Notes: a model not told the origin generated them from the sequence alone. 64,000 bases of DNA from Paramoeba atlantica (GCA_977017575.1 CDRNVI010000069.1:62001-126000); one strand, 5' to 3'. Positions 1 to 10,151 are shown, counted from the stretch's first letter. Made by a program: numbers and translations.

Positions 1-1
1 G

Positions 2-1267
2 CAGCTGCTCCAGCGCCAGCCGCCGGTTCTCCCCCCCGCTCCGCGACGCGTGGCACCGGATCGTGATCCCCGTGGGCCGGTGCCGCAGCCGCACGCAGTT
101 GTGCGCGACGTTCACCCCCTGCCCCCCCGGCCCCCCTCCGTGGGACATGGCCATCTCAATGTCCCTATCCGGGATGGAGATTTGGATCGGGGAGGGCTGG
201 GGGAGCAGCGTGACGGCCGCGGTGGAGGTCTGGAGCTTGGGGGAAGTGGAGGGGGAGGGGGAGGGGATGCGCTGGATGCGGTGGACACCGATCTCGTAGC
301 GGAGGGAGGACCCGGCGACGGGGGAGGCGATGCGGAGACGGTAGGGGGGGCGGGTGTGACGGGAGGCTGCGGTAGTGGCCGGTGAAGAAGAGGAAGAGGA
401 GGAGGAAGAACCACTTGAGGATGAAGGTAGAGGGTTGGAAGGTTCAGGGGTTGGGGTGGTGTCGAGGATGGGCCAGTGTTGGGCGGTGCAGTAGGTTTTG
501 TACATTTCAAAGAGTTCAGCGGCGAAACGCCAGCTTTCCTCCCCCCCGGCCATGCCTTTGACCTCGAGGTTCCAGATCTCGGTGGAGTGGAGGGTTTGTT
601 GGAGAAGGGAGGGGGGGAGGGTTTTGTGGCCTACGGTGAAGGGGCGTGAGGTAAGGTAGTGGGAGATGGAGGGGGTTTCGAGAGAGCGGTGGACGGCGGT
701 GACGAAGGTGTGTTCGAGGTCGGAGAGCTCGGGGAGGAGGCGGGTTTGGATTTCCTCCTCAATGAGGGTTGCCATAGAGGTACTTGAGGTGTCGGTAGAG
801 GAGGCGGCTTCTTGGGCATCGGGGGTAGTATTCGTCGAGGCTTCGAGATCACGTTTTTCTTTTATGGCTTCCGCATGTAGAGAAAGAATCTCGCTGCATT
901 TGTTTAGCATGTCCGCGGCCCCCGGCAGGAGTATGTCTTTTAGTCTCTCTTTGGCTTCGTATGGCCATGGCTCAAACGTGTCACTTTTCGTGGAAGTTTT
1001 TGAGGGATTGACGTGTGATTGGGACTTTGTAGGAAACTCGAATCGAAGTCGATGACCGTCCTCTGCATTTTGTCCCAGCGACGGAGTTCCCAAGAACATG
1101 TAGGTCGCCTGTGCACATGACCAATAAACTTCGTGTATGGTAGGAGATATAACGGAAGGAAAACATGGAAGAGGAATCCCTGTGTTGTTCCGTAGATGGG
1201 TCCAGTCGTGCTTTGTATTTTGCAAGTGAGAGGGAAGGGCATATCGTGCGAGGGAACGAAAGAGCAT
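2..1267 (-). CDS. MRF1: Mitochondrial peptide chain release factor 1 (class I RF, GGQ), 3'-partial
   Basis: I translated the minus frame not in the ORF track. It is open from ATG at 1267 (MLFRSLARYALPS, presequence-like) to the window edge. Motifs: EVKGMAGGEESWRFAAELFEMY, YEIGVHRIQRIP..LQTSTAAVTLLP, SHGGGPGGQGVNVAHNCVRLRHRPTGITIRC. These match the RF1 PCRF and GGQ domains. Confidence 0.92.
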   Translation of the reverse strand, partial: MLFRSLARYALPSHLQNTKHDWTHLRNNTGIPLPCFPSVISPTIHEVYWSCAQATYMFLGTPSLGQNAEDGHRLRFEFPTKSQSHVNPSKTSTKSDTFEPWPYEAKERLKDILLPGAADMLNKCSEILSLHAEAIKEKRDLEASTNTTPDAQEAASSTDTSSTSMATLIEEEIQTRLLPELSDLEHTFVTAVHRSLETPSISHYLTSRPFTVGHKTLPPSLLQQTLHSTEIWNLEVKGMAGGEESWRFAAELFEMYKTYCTAQHWPILDTTPTPEPSNPLPSSSSGSSSSSSSSSPATTAASRHTRPPYRLRIASPVAGSSLRYEIGVHRIQRIPSPSPSTSPKLQTSTAAVTLLPQPSPIQISIPDRDIEMAMSHGGGPGGQGVNVAHNCVRLRHRPTGITIRCHASRSGGENRRLALEQL

Positions 1268-1891
1268 CACGTGAGGTGTACGTCTCAAGAAGCTGGAAGG
1301 AGTAGGATCATAAAGCTATACATACGGTTGATGAGCCGTGCGTGTGCGACAATGTCGTGGAAGGGGATCATGTTGCGTTCGTGCAGGTAGCAACAGGCAT
1401 AGAAGCAACCTTTGATTTAGAAAGAAAGCAGGTCTTATATACCCTTATATACCCTGTATACAATGTACACGTAGTGATCTCAAGTGACAAATAGATGGCG
1501 ATTTTTGTTTTTTGTCTTCATGCCAATTAATTCAAAAACAAGATATCCGGGTGAGATTAGTGAAGCTACAACTGCAGTCCACATTGTAACCATCTCTGTA
1601 AAAAGCTGTTTATCTAAAGTACACAAAAGAACCTTTTCTACTCGATATACACATCAATTACTCAGATTTTTGAACCTGCAATTCAACCTCTTCCTAATTT
1701 TGAAGCTCTCGATAAAGCAACCAACAAAATAGCTGTACATTTCTATGCTGCACAACGTGAGTAACTTCACAGCACAATAAGACCTAAGAACACAAAAAAA
1801 GGAATTTAAAAATCTACAACTCTTACTAAAATATTGAAATATATCACTAATCTACTAGTGCAAGGCTGATACCTAAAAATATCACCCCACA

Positions 1892-2461
1892 TTACTTCTT
1901 TCTTCCGGTAGGCTTTTGTTTTTGAGTATTCGTCTTTGGCTTACGAACGCCTCTCCCTTTTGCGTTCGATGTGGATGACTTTTTGACAGGGCTGCTCTTG
2001 ATAGCTTTCGCTAATATTCTAATCATGCCATTTTTTGTTGAGGTCGGAGTAAGACCACGTCTCTTGCATGCATCACGAAGAGCTGCCACTGGCATATTTT
2101 TCAAATCCTGACTGCGGAAGTTTCCCTCTACAGGAGAGGAAATCTGGGAAACGGATTGTGATGGAAGTCGGGAAGGCTTCGTAGTCCGAATTGCTGTTCT
2201 TTGCTTTTTTTCCTTTGGTAAACTCTTAGAGTCCTTTTTAGACGGTGGACTATTTCTCTTTTTTTGAGAAACCGCCTGTTTTACTTTTTTTGAATCTTCG
2301 CTGGGGAGACTACTTGGTAGCACTTCTTCGTCTTGAGTACTTTCATTCGGTAGCGGGTTAATTTCTGGTGGGCATAAACAGCTGCTCTTAAAAGAGCCAC
2401 AGGAAAAGCATCGACGACTGAGAATATGTTCTTGTTGCCGCTCTAAGAAACTGTGCTTCAT
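1892..2461 (-). CDS. SAP-domain basic protein with N-terminal Cys cluster
   Basis: DLKNMPVAALRDACKRRGLTPTSTKNGMIRILAKAI fits the SAP consensus; CFSCGSFKSSCLC near the N-terminus; Lys/Ser-rich linkers. Confidence 0.7.
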   Translation of the reverse strand: MKHSFLERQQEHILSRRCFSCGSFKSSCLCPPEINPLPNESTQDEEVLPSSLPSEDSKKVKQAVSQKKRNSPPSKKDSKSLPKEKKQRTAIRTTKPSRLPSQSVSQISSPVEGNFRSQDLKNMPVAALRDACKRRGLTPTSTKNGMIRILAKAIKSSPVKKSSTSNAKGRGVRKPKTNTQKQKPTGRKK

Positions 2462-2761
2462 TTTAAGCCGTAAGCGAGTTTTTCGAAGAGTATGGGTAAA
2501 ATAAAACTCCGAAATAAGAATTAAACGAAGAATTGATAAGAACAGTGCTCATGAAATCCTTTTTAAAAAGAAATTATGGCTTCTGTATTAAAAATAACCA
2601 TTTAAACTTCATTACTCTTGAATTGTTTTATTTTTGAAGTCCAGGATTCCCAAACAACGAAAGTTTTCCCACGATAGTTGTCATAATTCTTACATGGTAC
2701 ACAGACAATATGAAATCATGCTGAATAAGGAAAACGTCCCCCAATGTCCATCATTCCACTC

Positions 2762-4255
2762 TTAAAAAAAGTCAAAATCACCAATAAGTACGGTGGCAAC
2801 AAAAAACCACACATACCAGTGGTTCCGGTAAGAGTTCGCTATGCGCTCATGAAATAAATATCTCTGATGCTCGCTGCAATAGTTGTAGAGATAAAAATCA
2901 ACAGGAATGCAAAGTTCTCGCTTATCTTTGTCAATACGATACGAAGAACCGGGCGCTGTCAAACGAACGGTATGGCCTTTCAAGTAGGCCCGAAAAAGCC
3001 ATGCGGTGCGCAGAAACGCATCGCAACAAGATTGAAGCTGACTGGGGGTAATGTAATAATTCTTTTCCGTTTGTTTTTGTCCAGTTACTGAAACACCCGC
3101 AGCCGCAGGTAGAGCACTTGGCTCTACCCGTAGAGACGCGTCATGTTCATTAAAATGAAACCCGGAAAGGGTGCATCGAAAGCGCACCGCTTCCACTGCC
3201 TCATGGAGACGTTCCTGTTCCTCCTGAACCGTGACCTGCAGATGCATCAGAGGGGAAGCCTCTGTGCGTAAAAAGTGCAACACCTCATAGGGCGTCGCGG
3301 TGTCTAGAAAACGAACCTCCGCTCGGGCCCAATCAATCGTATAGGGCAATGTTCTAGCAATTGCCCCCAGATTTCGGGTTGAGCGTTTTGTTTTTTGAGT
3401 TTCAGAACTCAAAGGTTTGCTCTTTTCCTCCTCTGTGGGAGTCCTTGATAAAATAGGGCTCTTGTTTGTTGTTTCCTGCGTGGGCTCTTGCAACGCCCAG
3501 GCCGTGTATTGCCCTCTTGTAAAATTACGGTAGTCCGAGGTCTCTTCCTGGTGATCGTTCACGAGGGTTCGTTTCGCCACGTTTGGCAGCTCTTGCAGCA
3601 CCCCCTGCCGTACGGGATCAGGGACCACCGAAAGGGACAAGTGGGAGAATGCGGGGACTTTTTCAAACAGCGCACGAGAGGCAAGAAGTCGCGCAGAGAA
3701 CCCCGCAAAGTCAGCCGATTTATCCCATGTTACACGTTTCCATTTCATTTGGTTGCGCAGGGGCTGGGAGCCGTAATATTGGGTTAGGCCATCGTCGGCG
3801 TCCTCAGGAGAAGGTGGTACAGTTTCCGTCGTTTTCGCAGTGCTTCTTTGTAAATTCGCGCTTTGAGAATCCGTAGGGGTGCTAATTTCTGTGACTGAGG
3901 CACATCCTGGTGCATTCGTTGCATTCTGCCCGTTTGTGATTGGTTTCGTTTTGTCACCGCTTTCTGTTGTGCCCACAGAAAGGGGCGATGTAGGGGGAGA
4001 TGTATTTTTAAACGAAGTGCATGCCCACTGCCATGCGGTCTTTGTGTAGTGAACAAATCCCTTTTCATCTTTTTGACGTTCATGAAGGACATGATTCATG
4101 ATTTCCCTTTGGGTTTTCATCCAAATTAGAACATCACTGGGACGAGTCGTATTTTGAAGAGGTAACGCCACACACCCCATGACAGTAGCGCGACGCATCA
4201 TCAGTGTAATATTCAACAAAAATAATTTTTGAAGAAGAGAATTTTTCTTTTGCAA
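2762..4255 (-). CDS. Hypothetical protein (497 aa; start may be MMRRATVMG)
   Basis: Long intronless ORF co-oriented with the gene cluster; no family recognised. Confidence 0.7.
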   Translation of the reverse strand: MQKKNSLLQKLFLLNITLMMRRATVMGCVALPLQNTTRPSDVLIWMKTQREIMNHVLHERQKDEKGFVHYTKTAWQWACTSFKNTSPPTSPLSVGTTESGDKTKPITNGQNATNAPGCASVTEISTPTDSQSANLQRSTAKTTETVPPSPEDADDGLTQYYGSQPLRNQMKWKRVTWDKSADFAGFSARLLASRALFEKVPAFSHLSLSVVPDPVRQGVLQELPNVAKRTLVNDHQEETSDYRNFTRGQYTAWALQEPTQETTNKSPILSRTPTEEEKSKPLSSETQKTKRSTRNLGAIARTLPYTIDWARAEVRFLDTATPYEVLHFLRTEASPLMHLQVTVQEEQERLHEAVEAVRFRCTLSGFHFNEHDASLRVEPSALPAAAGVSVTGQKQTEKNYYITPSQLQSCCDAFLRTAWLFRAYLKGHTVRLTAPGSSYRIDKDKRELCIPVDFYLYNYCSEHQRYLFHERIANSYRNHWYVWFFVATVLIGDFDFF

Positions 4256-4889
4256 AAAGAGGGAGGAACGTTTCTTTGAATATCCGAAAGATCACTTATT
4301 AAAATCTTCATAATTTTTTTTTCGCACTGATTTGCTATGAAGTACATTGCTATGTAGGAATATTGTAGGAAAATTCATGCAGCTCCGCTTTGAGTTAAGA
4401 AACTTGAGTTAAGAAAAAATGCTAACGATGTTTGAAGAAAGAGGAAATGTGAAATTTCACTTGGGGGGATGCGGGTGTGCATCACCGAACCCGCGCTTTG
4501 CATTTGAGACCGAACGAGATCTATTTTAGTCCGAAAAAATGGGTTGAACGTGCATAACGTACTACATGTACGTTATGCATCGTGCTCATACCTTGCGTGG
4601 AACATTTTCTACACAATGTCCTCAAAACAGCAATGTAACCTTGGCTCGAGAGTGACATTTTTTTAGAGTTCGTAAAGAGTCTTCTAATTTTTCTTTCCCA
4701 AACATACAGACAGAAAGGATGATTTCAAAGGTGTCTCAACAGAACAACGAATGAAGGAGCGAGAAAATTTCATGCAAGAATCCGTCGAAACACTGCAAAA
4801 TTGCCGAGCTTGAATTGTCACCTTGGAGATGAAGGTCGTACATCGCTCTTAGAATCACTGGTTTACCCTGTTGATGTTCTCAACACGTC

Positions 4890-5270
4890 TTGCTGAAGAA
4901 GTGGGAAATGAACTTTACTGTCTTAAACTCTTCTTGTTCCGTTCAAGAGAAGCATGATGCCTTGCAAACTTTGGGTCCGAAACTCATAGAAGAAGCTCAG
5001 CTTGCACTGAATTGTCCGGAAAGGAATGCTTTTTTTTGGCGGCGTCACGCGATTCTTGGCGGCGTCACGCGATGGGATACGAACAAATGTGACTCCATAA
5101 AGTACGTTATACGAAAGTTGCCAACGTTGACTAGATTAGTGGAGCACCACTGCACGAAAGAAAAGACACCCTGTAAGTCAATTCAGGATATTAAGAACGG
5201 AGATGCCTTAAGCAAACTGCAGCAGGAAAAAAAAGAGCAGGGTTCGCGGAAACTTTTAAACCTTAAATAA
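4890..5270 (+). mobile_element. hAT-like transposase remnant (family B)
   Basis: DALQTLGPKLIE..LGGVTRWDTNKCDSIKYVIRKLPTL aligns with DALSLYGPQVIE..LGGVTRWCHDKFSSISFFSTQLPTV of the 874-aa ORF; internal ~20-bp tandem duplication at about 5036-5075. Confidence 0.75.
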
Positions 5271-5275
5271 TTTTT

Positions 5276-6172
5276 TAGGCTCTTCGTTAATATTATTGTA
5301 TTATAGTTATAACATATTATTGTTATTACTAAGTAACGCGGTGGTTGTTTTCAACTTAGAAGTCACTCATGCTGCGCGCTTCGCGTTGAAAACTACCACC
5401 GCGTATAACGAATAGCCTAAAAAAGAAAATTTGGTCTAGAAAGCTGAAGAAAACGGAAACATTATAGCCAAAAATAGCCGATTTTCGAGTAAAAATGGGG
5501 TGATTTTTGGGTATTTTTGCTCTCAGAGCACTAAATCCGATATTTGCGTGCGGGAACTCACCCGTAGGCAGGAATAAAAGCCTACCAAACGTATTGGGTA
5601 GAGAATACGACTCCAACCACACCATTCTTTCGACCAAAAAAGGCCCATTGGGGTTCGAAAAATACTTTTTCACCTTTTTTAGTCAAAAATGAGCCGTTTT
5701 AAGGGGCGCACCACGGCTCGAGAATTGATGCCTTGCGAAAACAACTACGGAGAAAGCTAGTGTAGGTCCCAAAATATCAAAATGCAATAGGGGAAACGAT
5801 TTTGGAAAAATATTTTTTTTGTTAGTTTTTTCGCCAACTTGAAATTTTTTTCCGAAAAAATCCGAACTTGGCGGACCCGTCCTGCGCATACGAGGGGGGG
5901 TCACCCCCGGGTAGGGGGGTGGAAAATGCGCGCCAAAACCCCGGCTACCCCTTCTGCGGGTTTGTTTCGAAAAATATTTTTTTCAAAAAATTTCGTGCGG
6001 TATGCCCCCCTCTAGATCCCCCATTTTTTTCATTTTTCAATTTTGGACCACCGGAGCCCCCTTTTATAAATTTTTCTTCTAATATATTACTGTGTTCCTC
6101 TTTATATTTTCACTGTTTTTGTTCACTTTTTTTCAATAATCGAGGGTAGAGCGGTAGTTTTACAACCACCGC
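5276..6172 (+). mobile_element. Hairpin-ended non-autonomous repeat, family X (copy X1)
   Basis: Starts with the TAGGCTCTTCGTTAA..GCGGTGGTTGTTTTCAAC / GTTGAAAACTACCACCGC..GCCTA hairpin (here with a ~45-bp AT-rich insert) and ends GAGGGTAGAGCGGTAGTTTTACAACCACCGC; body matches 31528-32380 and 59577-60451. Confidence 0.9.
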
Positions 6173-6250
6173 AATGTACTTTATAGTAACTCTATATTTT
6201 TTAAACGGTGGTTGTAACTTCTTCTTCGTTAAACGCGGACTGTTGAAATA

Positions 6251-6583
6251 CTCCCCCTCTCATTAATAATTATAATTATAATCTATAAACCTTTTTAGTT
6301 TATAATTATAATTATAGTTTATAATTATTAATGAGATTCGATAAGTGATTTTTTCTTATTATGGAGCTCAAATTCTTGATTTTCGAGACACTTCGTTCTT
6401 AGAAGCACTTCGAAGCAATTTTTAGTGCAAAGTATGTGGTACAGGTGTCTTTCTAGATAAAAAATGAAGAATTTGAGGTTTATAATAATAAAAGTGAGAC
6501 TCAGAATTATAATCTCATTAAATTTCTATAAACAATCCCTTTAAAGATTTTTAGAGGTTTATAATTATTAATGAGAGGGGGAG
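6251..6583. mobile_element. Stowaway-like MITE
   Basis: 25-bp TIR CTCCCCCTCTCATTAATAATTATAA with TA on both flanks; AT-rich non-coding interior. Confidence 0.85.
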
Positions 6584-6589
6584 TACGTT

Positions 6590-6980
6590 TTAGGAGAGGA
6601 TTTTGGAAAAATAATATTTTTGGTCACCCCAAAAATTTCGGAAATTTTGACCTTGTCGGACCCCTCCTGCGCGTACCAGGGAGGGGTACCCCCAGGTGGG
6701 GGGGTGGAAAATTATCGCCGCGGCATACTCTACCACTTCCCTGCGCTCGATTTTGGAAAGCAAAAAATTCGAAAAGAAATTCTTGACGTATGCCCCCCCC
6801 CCCCATGGACTCCCCCCCCTAGACCCTCCATTTTTTACAATTTTTCAGTTTTGGACCACCGGAGCCCCTTTTATAATTTTTTTTTCTATTATATTACTGT
6901 GTTCCTCTTTATATTTTCACTGTTTTTGTTCACTTTTTTCTCAATAATCGAGGGTAGAGCGGTAGTTATACAACCACCGC
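6590..6980 (+). mobile_element. Family X, 3' half (copy X2)
   Basis: Matches the right half of X1 and ends GAGCGGTAGTTATACAACCACCGC. Confidence 0.85.
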
Positions 6981-7139
6981 AACTTTATTTTACTTGCTAT
7001 TTATCCTTGTCACTTTATAAGGAGGCGGACGACTCTTTAGCACATTTACATTTTGAGCGTACACATCCTATGTACATGCATAATCTTGTATTTACTGTCT
7101 TATTCATCTTTCTACTTTCCCTTTCCTATGGATAAACTC

Positions 7140-7925
7140 ACCAGAGGAAAGTTCTGCAAGAAAATTTTGTTGAAATGAAGAGCACAGAAGGAAACAAGCA
7201 AGTAGCAGAGTGTAAGTTGTGTCCTGAAGGTGGACGTAAACATTTTTTGATCGCCAAAGGTCTGCAGACCGACTCTATGGCTCCAGAAAAACACCTGCTA
7301 AAACATGATAAGACTTACGACGTCTGGTCTAGGGAACAACAGGAAAAGCGCCGCCGTGAAAACCCAACAATTAATATATCACCACAGGCTGCTTCACCAG
7401 AACATCATGAAGATTATAAACATCATGATGATTACTATCTGGAAATCAGTGTAGGATCCCAAGCTCAGCTCTTTAGCATCCGCTAAATCGAAATAAAATC
7501 ATGCGAGGTTTATGCCCCACTCCACCTCGAAGAGAAAAGATGAATGAACTGATTATAGAGTACGCGGGGCAAGCGCGAACAAATACATGAAATGAATTCG
7601 AGTTCAAATTTTCAGATGTGTGCGCATGAATGGATACTTCAACGATCCATCATTGTACAATATGTGCCGTGACCCTAGTGTGCAAAGGTACATCAATGTG
7701 TTGGACTAACTATATTAAGCCAATGTCCTCCATTGATGACCCCTCCTTCAAAGTTTGCTTGAACAAGTTTTGGTGGAACTTTGTCCCGAGCGAATTTTTG
7801 CTACACACCTAGAGTCAGATGCCGGAGCAGGAATCAAGGGCTTGATCATGACTGCAACGGAAAACGGAATCGCCTACACCGTTTGCTTCGTTCATTCATT
7901 ACAAAGCGAAGAAAAGGGGATCGGT
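7140..7925 (+). mobile_element. hAT transposase pseudogene (family A)
   Basis: BED-like finger ECKLCPEG..EKHLLKH, then ESDAGAGIKG and VCFVHSLQ (second Asp, CxxH); stops and frameshifts; homologous to 23354-23641 and 26330-30602. Confidence 0.8.
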
Positions 7926-7956
7926 ACGGTCTTATTTTAGAACGACTTATGTATTA

Positions 7957-8410
7957 CTTCCCCCCTATTTAGTGCTGAGTGAAATTCGGCAAAATTCAAC
8001 ACTAAATAGGGGATACAGCTTTGTGAACGCTGTGGGGCATTTGTATAAAGGCCTGTAGGGGGGCAGCTTGTAAAGGGGGATACAGCTATGAAGGCTAGGT
8101 CTGACAAGCAAAGTATAAAGTAGAAACAAACAAGCGAAGAATGAATACAACCCCGCTCATTAACAATGGGACCAACGTTTATAGAGCTACGAGTCTTGCT
8201 TTTTGTTGATTGCAAGTATCACCCTGTATGAATAAAGTAAATTAAGGTAGAAATCGGTCAGCAATCACAAATAACAAGCAAAGATAAGAAAAAAACGCTT
8301 TTGGAAAAATAGAATTAAGCGCCGCTTCGCGGCGCCTATATGCACTGAACCCAAAATTCAACACTAAATAGGGGGGGGGTTGAGCACTCAATAGTAAATA
8401 GGGGGGGCAG
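7957..8410. mobile_element. MITE (CT[T/G]CCCCCCTATTTA termini, TA flanks)
   Basis: TA|CTTCCCCCCTATTTA ... TAAATAGGGGGGGGCAG|TA; internal GCGCCGCTTCGCGGCGC hairpin at about 8318-8336. Confidence 0.75.
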
Positions 8411-8553
8411 TAAGACTAAGTTCAGGGATTTGTCTATTACATCCCAGAAGCTTACTTCGATGGTTGTATTAGAAAATCTTTGTCTAAATAGGATAAAAAT
8501 ATCTTCTTAATAAGATTGGCTGTTAATAGGCCTTTATAATCACCAAAGAGCTC

Positions 8554-9411
8554 CTAGTGAAGCAGGTGTATTTTAGTGCGACTACAGAACTCTTGGTCAG
8601 TGAAACAGTGGCGCAATGCAGGACTGTGTGTTGAGAGATCTATCATTCCGCTAAGATCTCTATTTCCATCCAAAGTCAACCAAATCACCGTTCCGGGAAG
8701 CCTTTTAAAATCGACTTCGCCTTCGAAGAAATTGTTCTTAAGATAAATGCGTCTCAAATTGCTTTTGATATCCCCGAACTGAGGGGTTCCAGAGAGTTCA
8801 TTGTGGGAAACATCGAGAAACCTCAAAGACGCGGGTAATAAACCGAAATTCAATTCTCCCGTAAAACAGTTGTCGTCGACTGAAATAACCTGCATGAAAA
8901 CTGGAAGATTCTTTATTGATCCAGTAAATTTATTGCTCGAAAGCCGCAGTGTCTCGAGCTTTGGGGGAAACAGTTCAAACTCTACTAATCCACAAAGCTC
9001 ATGACGACTAAGGTCCAATATAAGGACGGACTTTGGAAGATGTTCCCAGAAAAAGGTCCCTTGCAGATTGCATCCTTTCCAATCAATTGCCCCTACTTCT
9101 CCCTCTTCATTGCACCACACACCATGCCACTCGCACGCAGGGGTGTTCGTGTTCCAAGTGGGGTTCAAATTCTTTATTCCTCGAACAAAGAGGTCCAATT
9201 TATATTCCTGAGGTAATTCAGTGCCTTGTATCTTCCCTAGGCGAGTACTCGGAACATCGGCTGTGCATATACCCGAGCATTGTGTATGCAACGTCCAAAA
9301 TATGACACTAGTCATATTAAAATTTAGAAAAAGAAACCTGACTAAAGTCTTGATCCAAATGCGTTTCGAGATATATTTCTTAGAAATGGGGGAACTAATT
9401 CTGGGGGACAA
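8554..9411 (-). CDS. Small LRR protein, plant-specific-type 24-aa repeats with LRRNT_2-like cap
   Basis: RLGKIQGTELPQEYKL..W..TPACEWHGVWC followed by LxxLxLxxNxFxGxLxxxxLP repeats. Confidence 0.9.
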   Translation of the reverse strand: MSPRISSPISKKYISKRIWIKTLVRFLFLNFNMTSVIFWTLHTQCSGICTADVPSTRLGKIQGTELPQEYKLDLFVRGIKNLNPTWNTNTPACEWHGVWCNEEGEVGAIDWKGCNLQGTFFWEHLPKSVLILDLSRHELCGLVEFELFPPKLETLRLSSNKFTGSIKNLPVFMQVISVDDNCFTGELNFGLLPASLRFLDVSHNELSGTPQFGDIKSNLRRIYLKNNFFEGEVDFKRLPGTVIWLTLDGNRDLSGMIDLSTHSPALRHCFTDQEFCSRTKIHLLH

Positions 9412-9474
9412 TCAAATTTGTGAAACTCAGTCAACGTTGTCAAATTATAAAAAATGCTGTATTCCCCCGTTAAG

Positions 9475-9896
9475 AAGAAGAAGAAGGTTCGGATGGCTCT
9501 GCAGCGCCAACTGTTAGGGTAGAGTCCCAGGTCACCGACCTTCATTGTCTTGCTACCCCATTCCCAGGCGGCACTCGACCCCTTGCGGCCCGAGAACGGC
9601 TACCCAACCGTAGCTACCAGGACGGGTGTCCGCTCCGTTGCATCGTGTAGGTTGTGTCTCAGGCCTCCTTTGCGCAATCAGCTCGCAATTTAGCGGCTGC
9701 GCTGGAGCCTGGTTCAGCTCGACGGTTCCGGGTCGGTCCTCCAGGGGAGCGGGGTTGGGTGTGGGCATTGAAGGCACTCCTGATCGCTTTCCCTTTGTAG
9801 TGAGGCCGCCAGGTTGCGAGTTTTGCCGATAGCGGGAATCGAACCAACAACCTGCAGGTTGTAAGGCCCACCGTCTGCCAACTATGCCCGAACCAC
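9475..9896 (-). mobile_element. tRNA-derived SINE-like retroposon
   Basis: tRNA-like head, GC-rich structured body, (CTT)n tail, and a perfect 13-bp direct repeat TTCCCCCGTTAAG at 9462-9474 and 9897-9909. Confidence 0.8.
9835..9889 (-). promoter_or_regulatory. Pol III internal promoter (box A / box B) in the tRNA-like head
   Basis: Minus strand GGGCATAGTTGG (box A-like, 9878-9889) and GGTTCGATTCC (canonical box B, 9835-9845). Confidence 0.65.
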
Positions 9897-9900
9897 TTCC

Positions 9901-9946
9901 CCCGTTAAGCGCACTTCGTCTTTTCGTAAAAAGCGCGCTTAACGGG
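9901..9946. repeat. 12-bp perfect inverted repeat
   Basis: CCCGTTAAGCGC ... GCGCTTAACGGG; the left arm overlaps the SINE target site. Confidence 0.8.
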
Positions 9947-10151
9947 AGGGGTCTGAATCACTAGAGATACGAAGGCTATGCAGCGGAAAAACGTCGATGG
10001 CGACACTTCCGGGAAAGTCTGGAAATTTTGTTTCTTGCTTTAGAAACATCCCAGAACAGTTGCAAAACTTTAATAACAGAAAAGAAGGATTTTGTTTAAA
10101 AAGCGGCACTTTCCTCAATATTTTTCTTTATCCCCCTATTTACTATTATTA

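Noticed and set aside
50-852. Pro/Gly-rich ORFs in the track (50-385, 63-299, 112-510, 631-852)
   Set aside because: Shadow frames of the release-factor gene, which occupies a third minus frame.
5356-6947. Short Phe/Lys-rich ORFs repeated in family X copies (also 25729-26326, 32033-32287, 59612-60428)
   Set aside because: Low-complexity translations of a non-coding repeat; frames and lengths are not conserved between copies.
9550-9825. 7SL/SRP RNA or HDV/hammerhead ribozyme
   Set aside because: GCAACGGAGC resembles SRP helix 8 but the closing stem does not pair; no CUGANGA/GAAA core or clear HDV pseudoknot was found by eye.
9825-9896. Functional tRNA-Val(TAC) gene
   Set aside because: The acceptor stem cannot pair, the anticodon loop is 8 nt, the T-stem is imperfect and there is no adjacent T-run; it lies inside a TSD-bounded unit, so I treat it as a SINE head.
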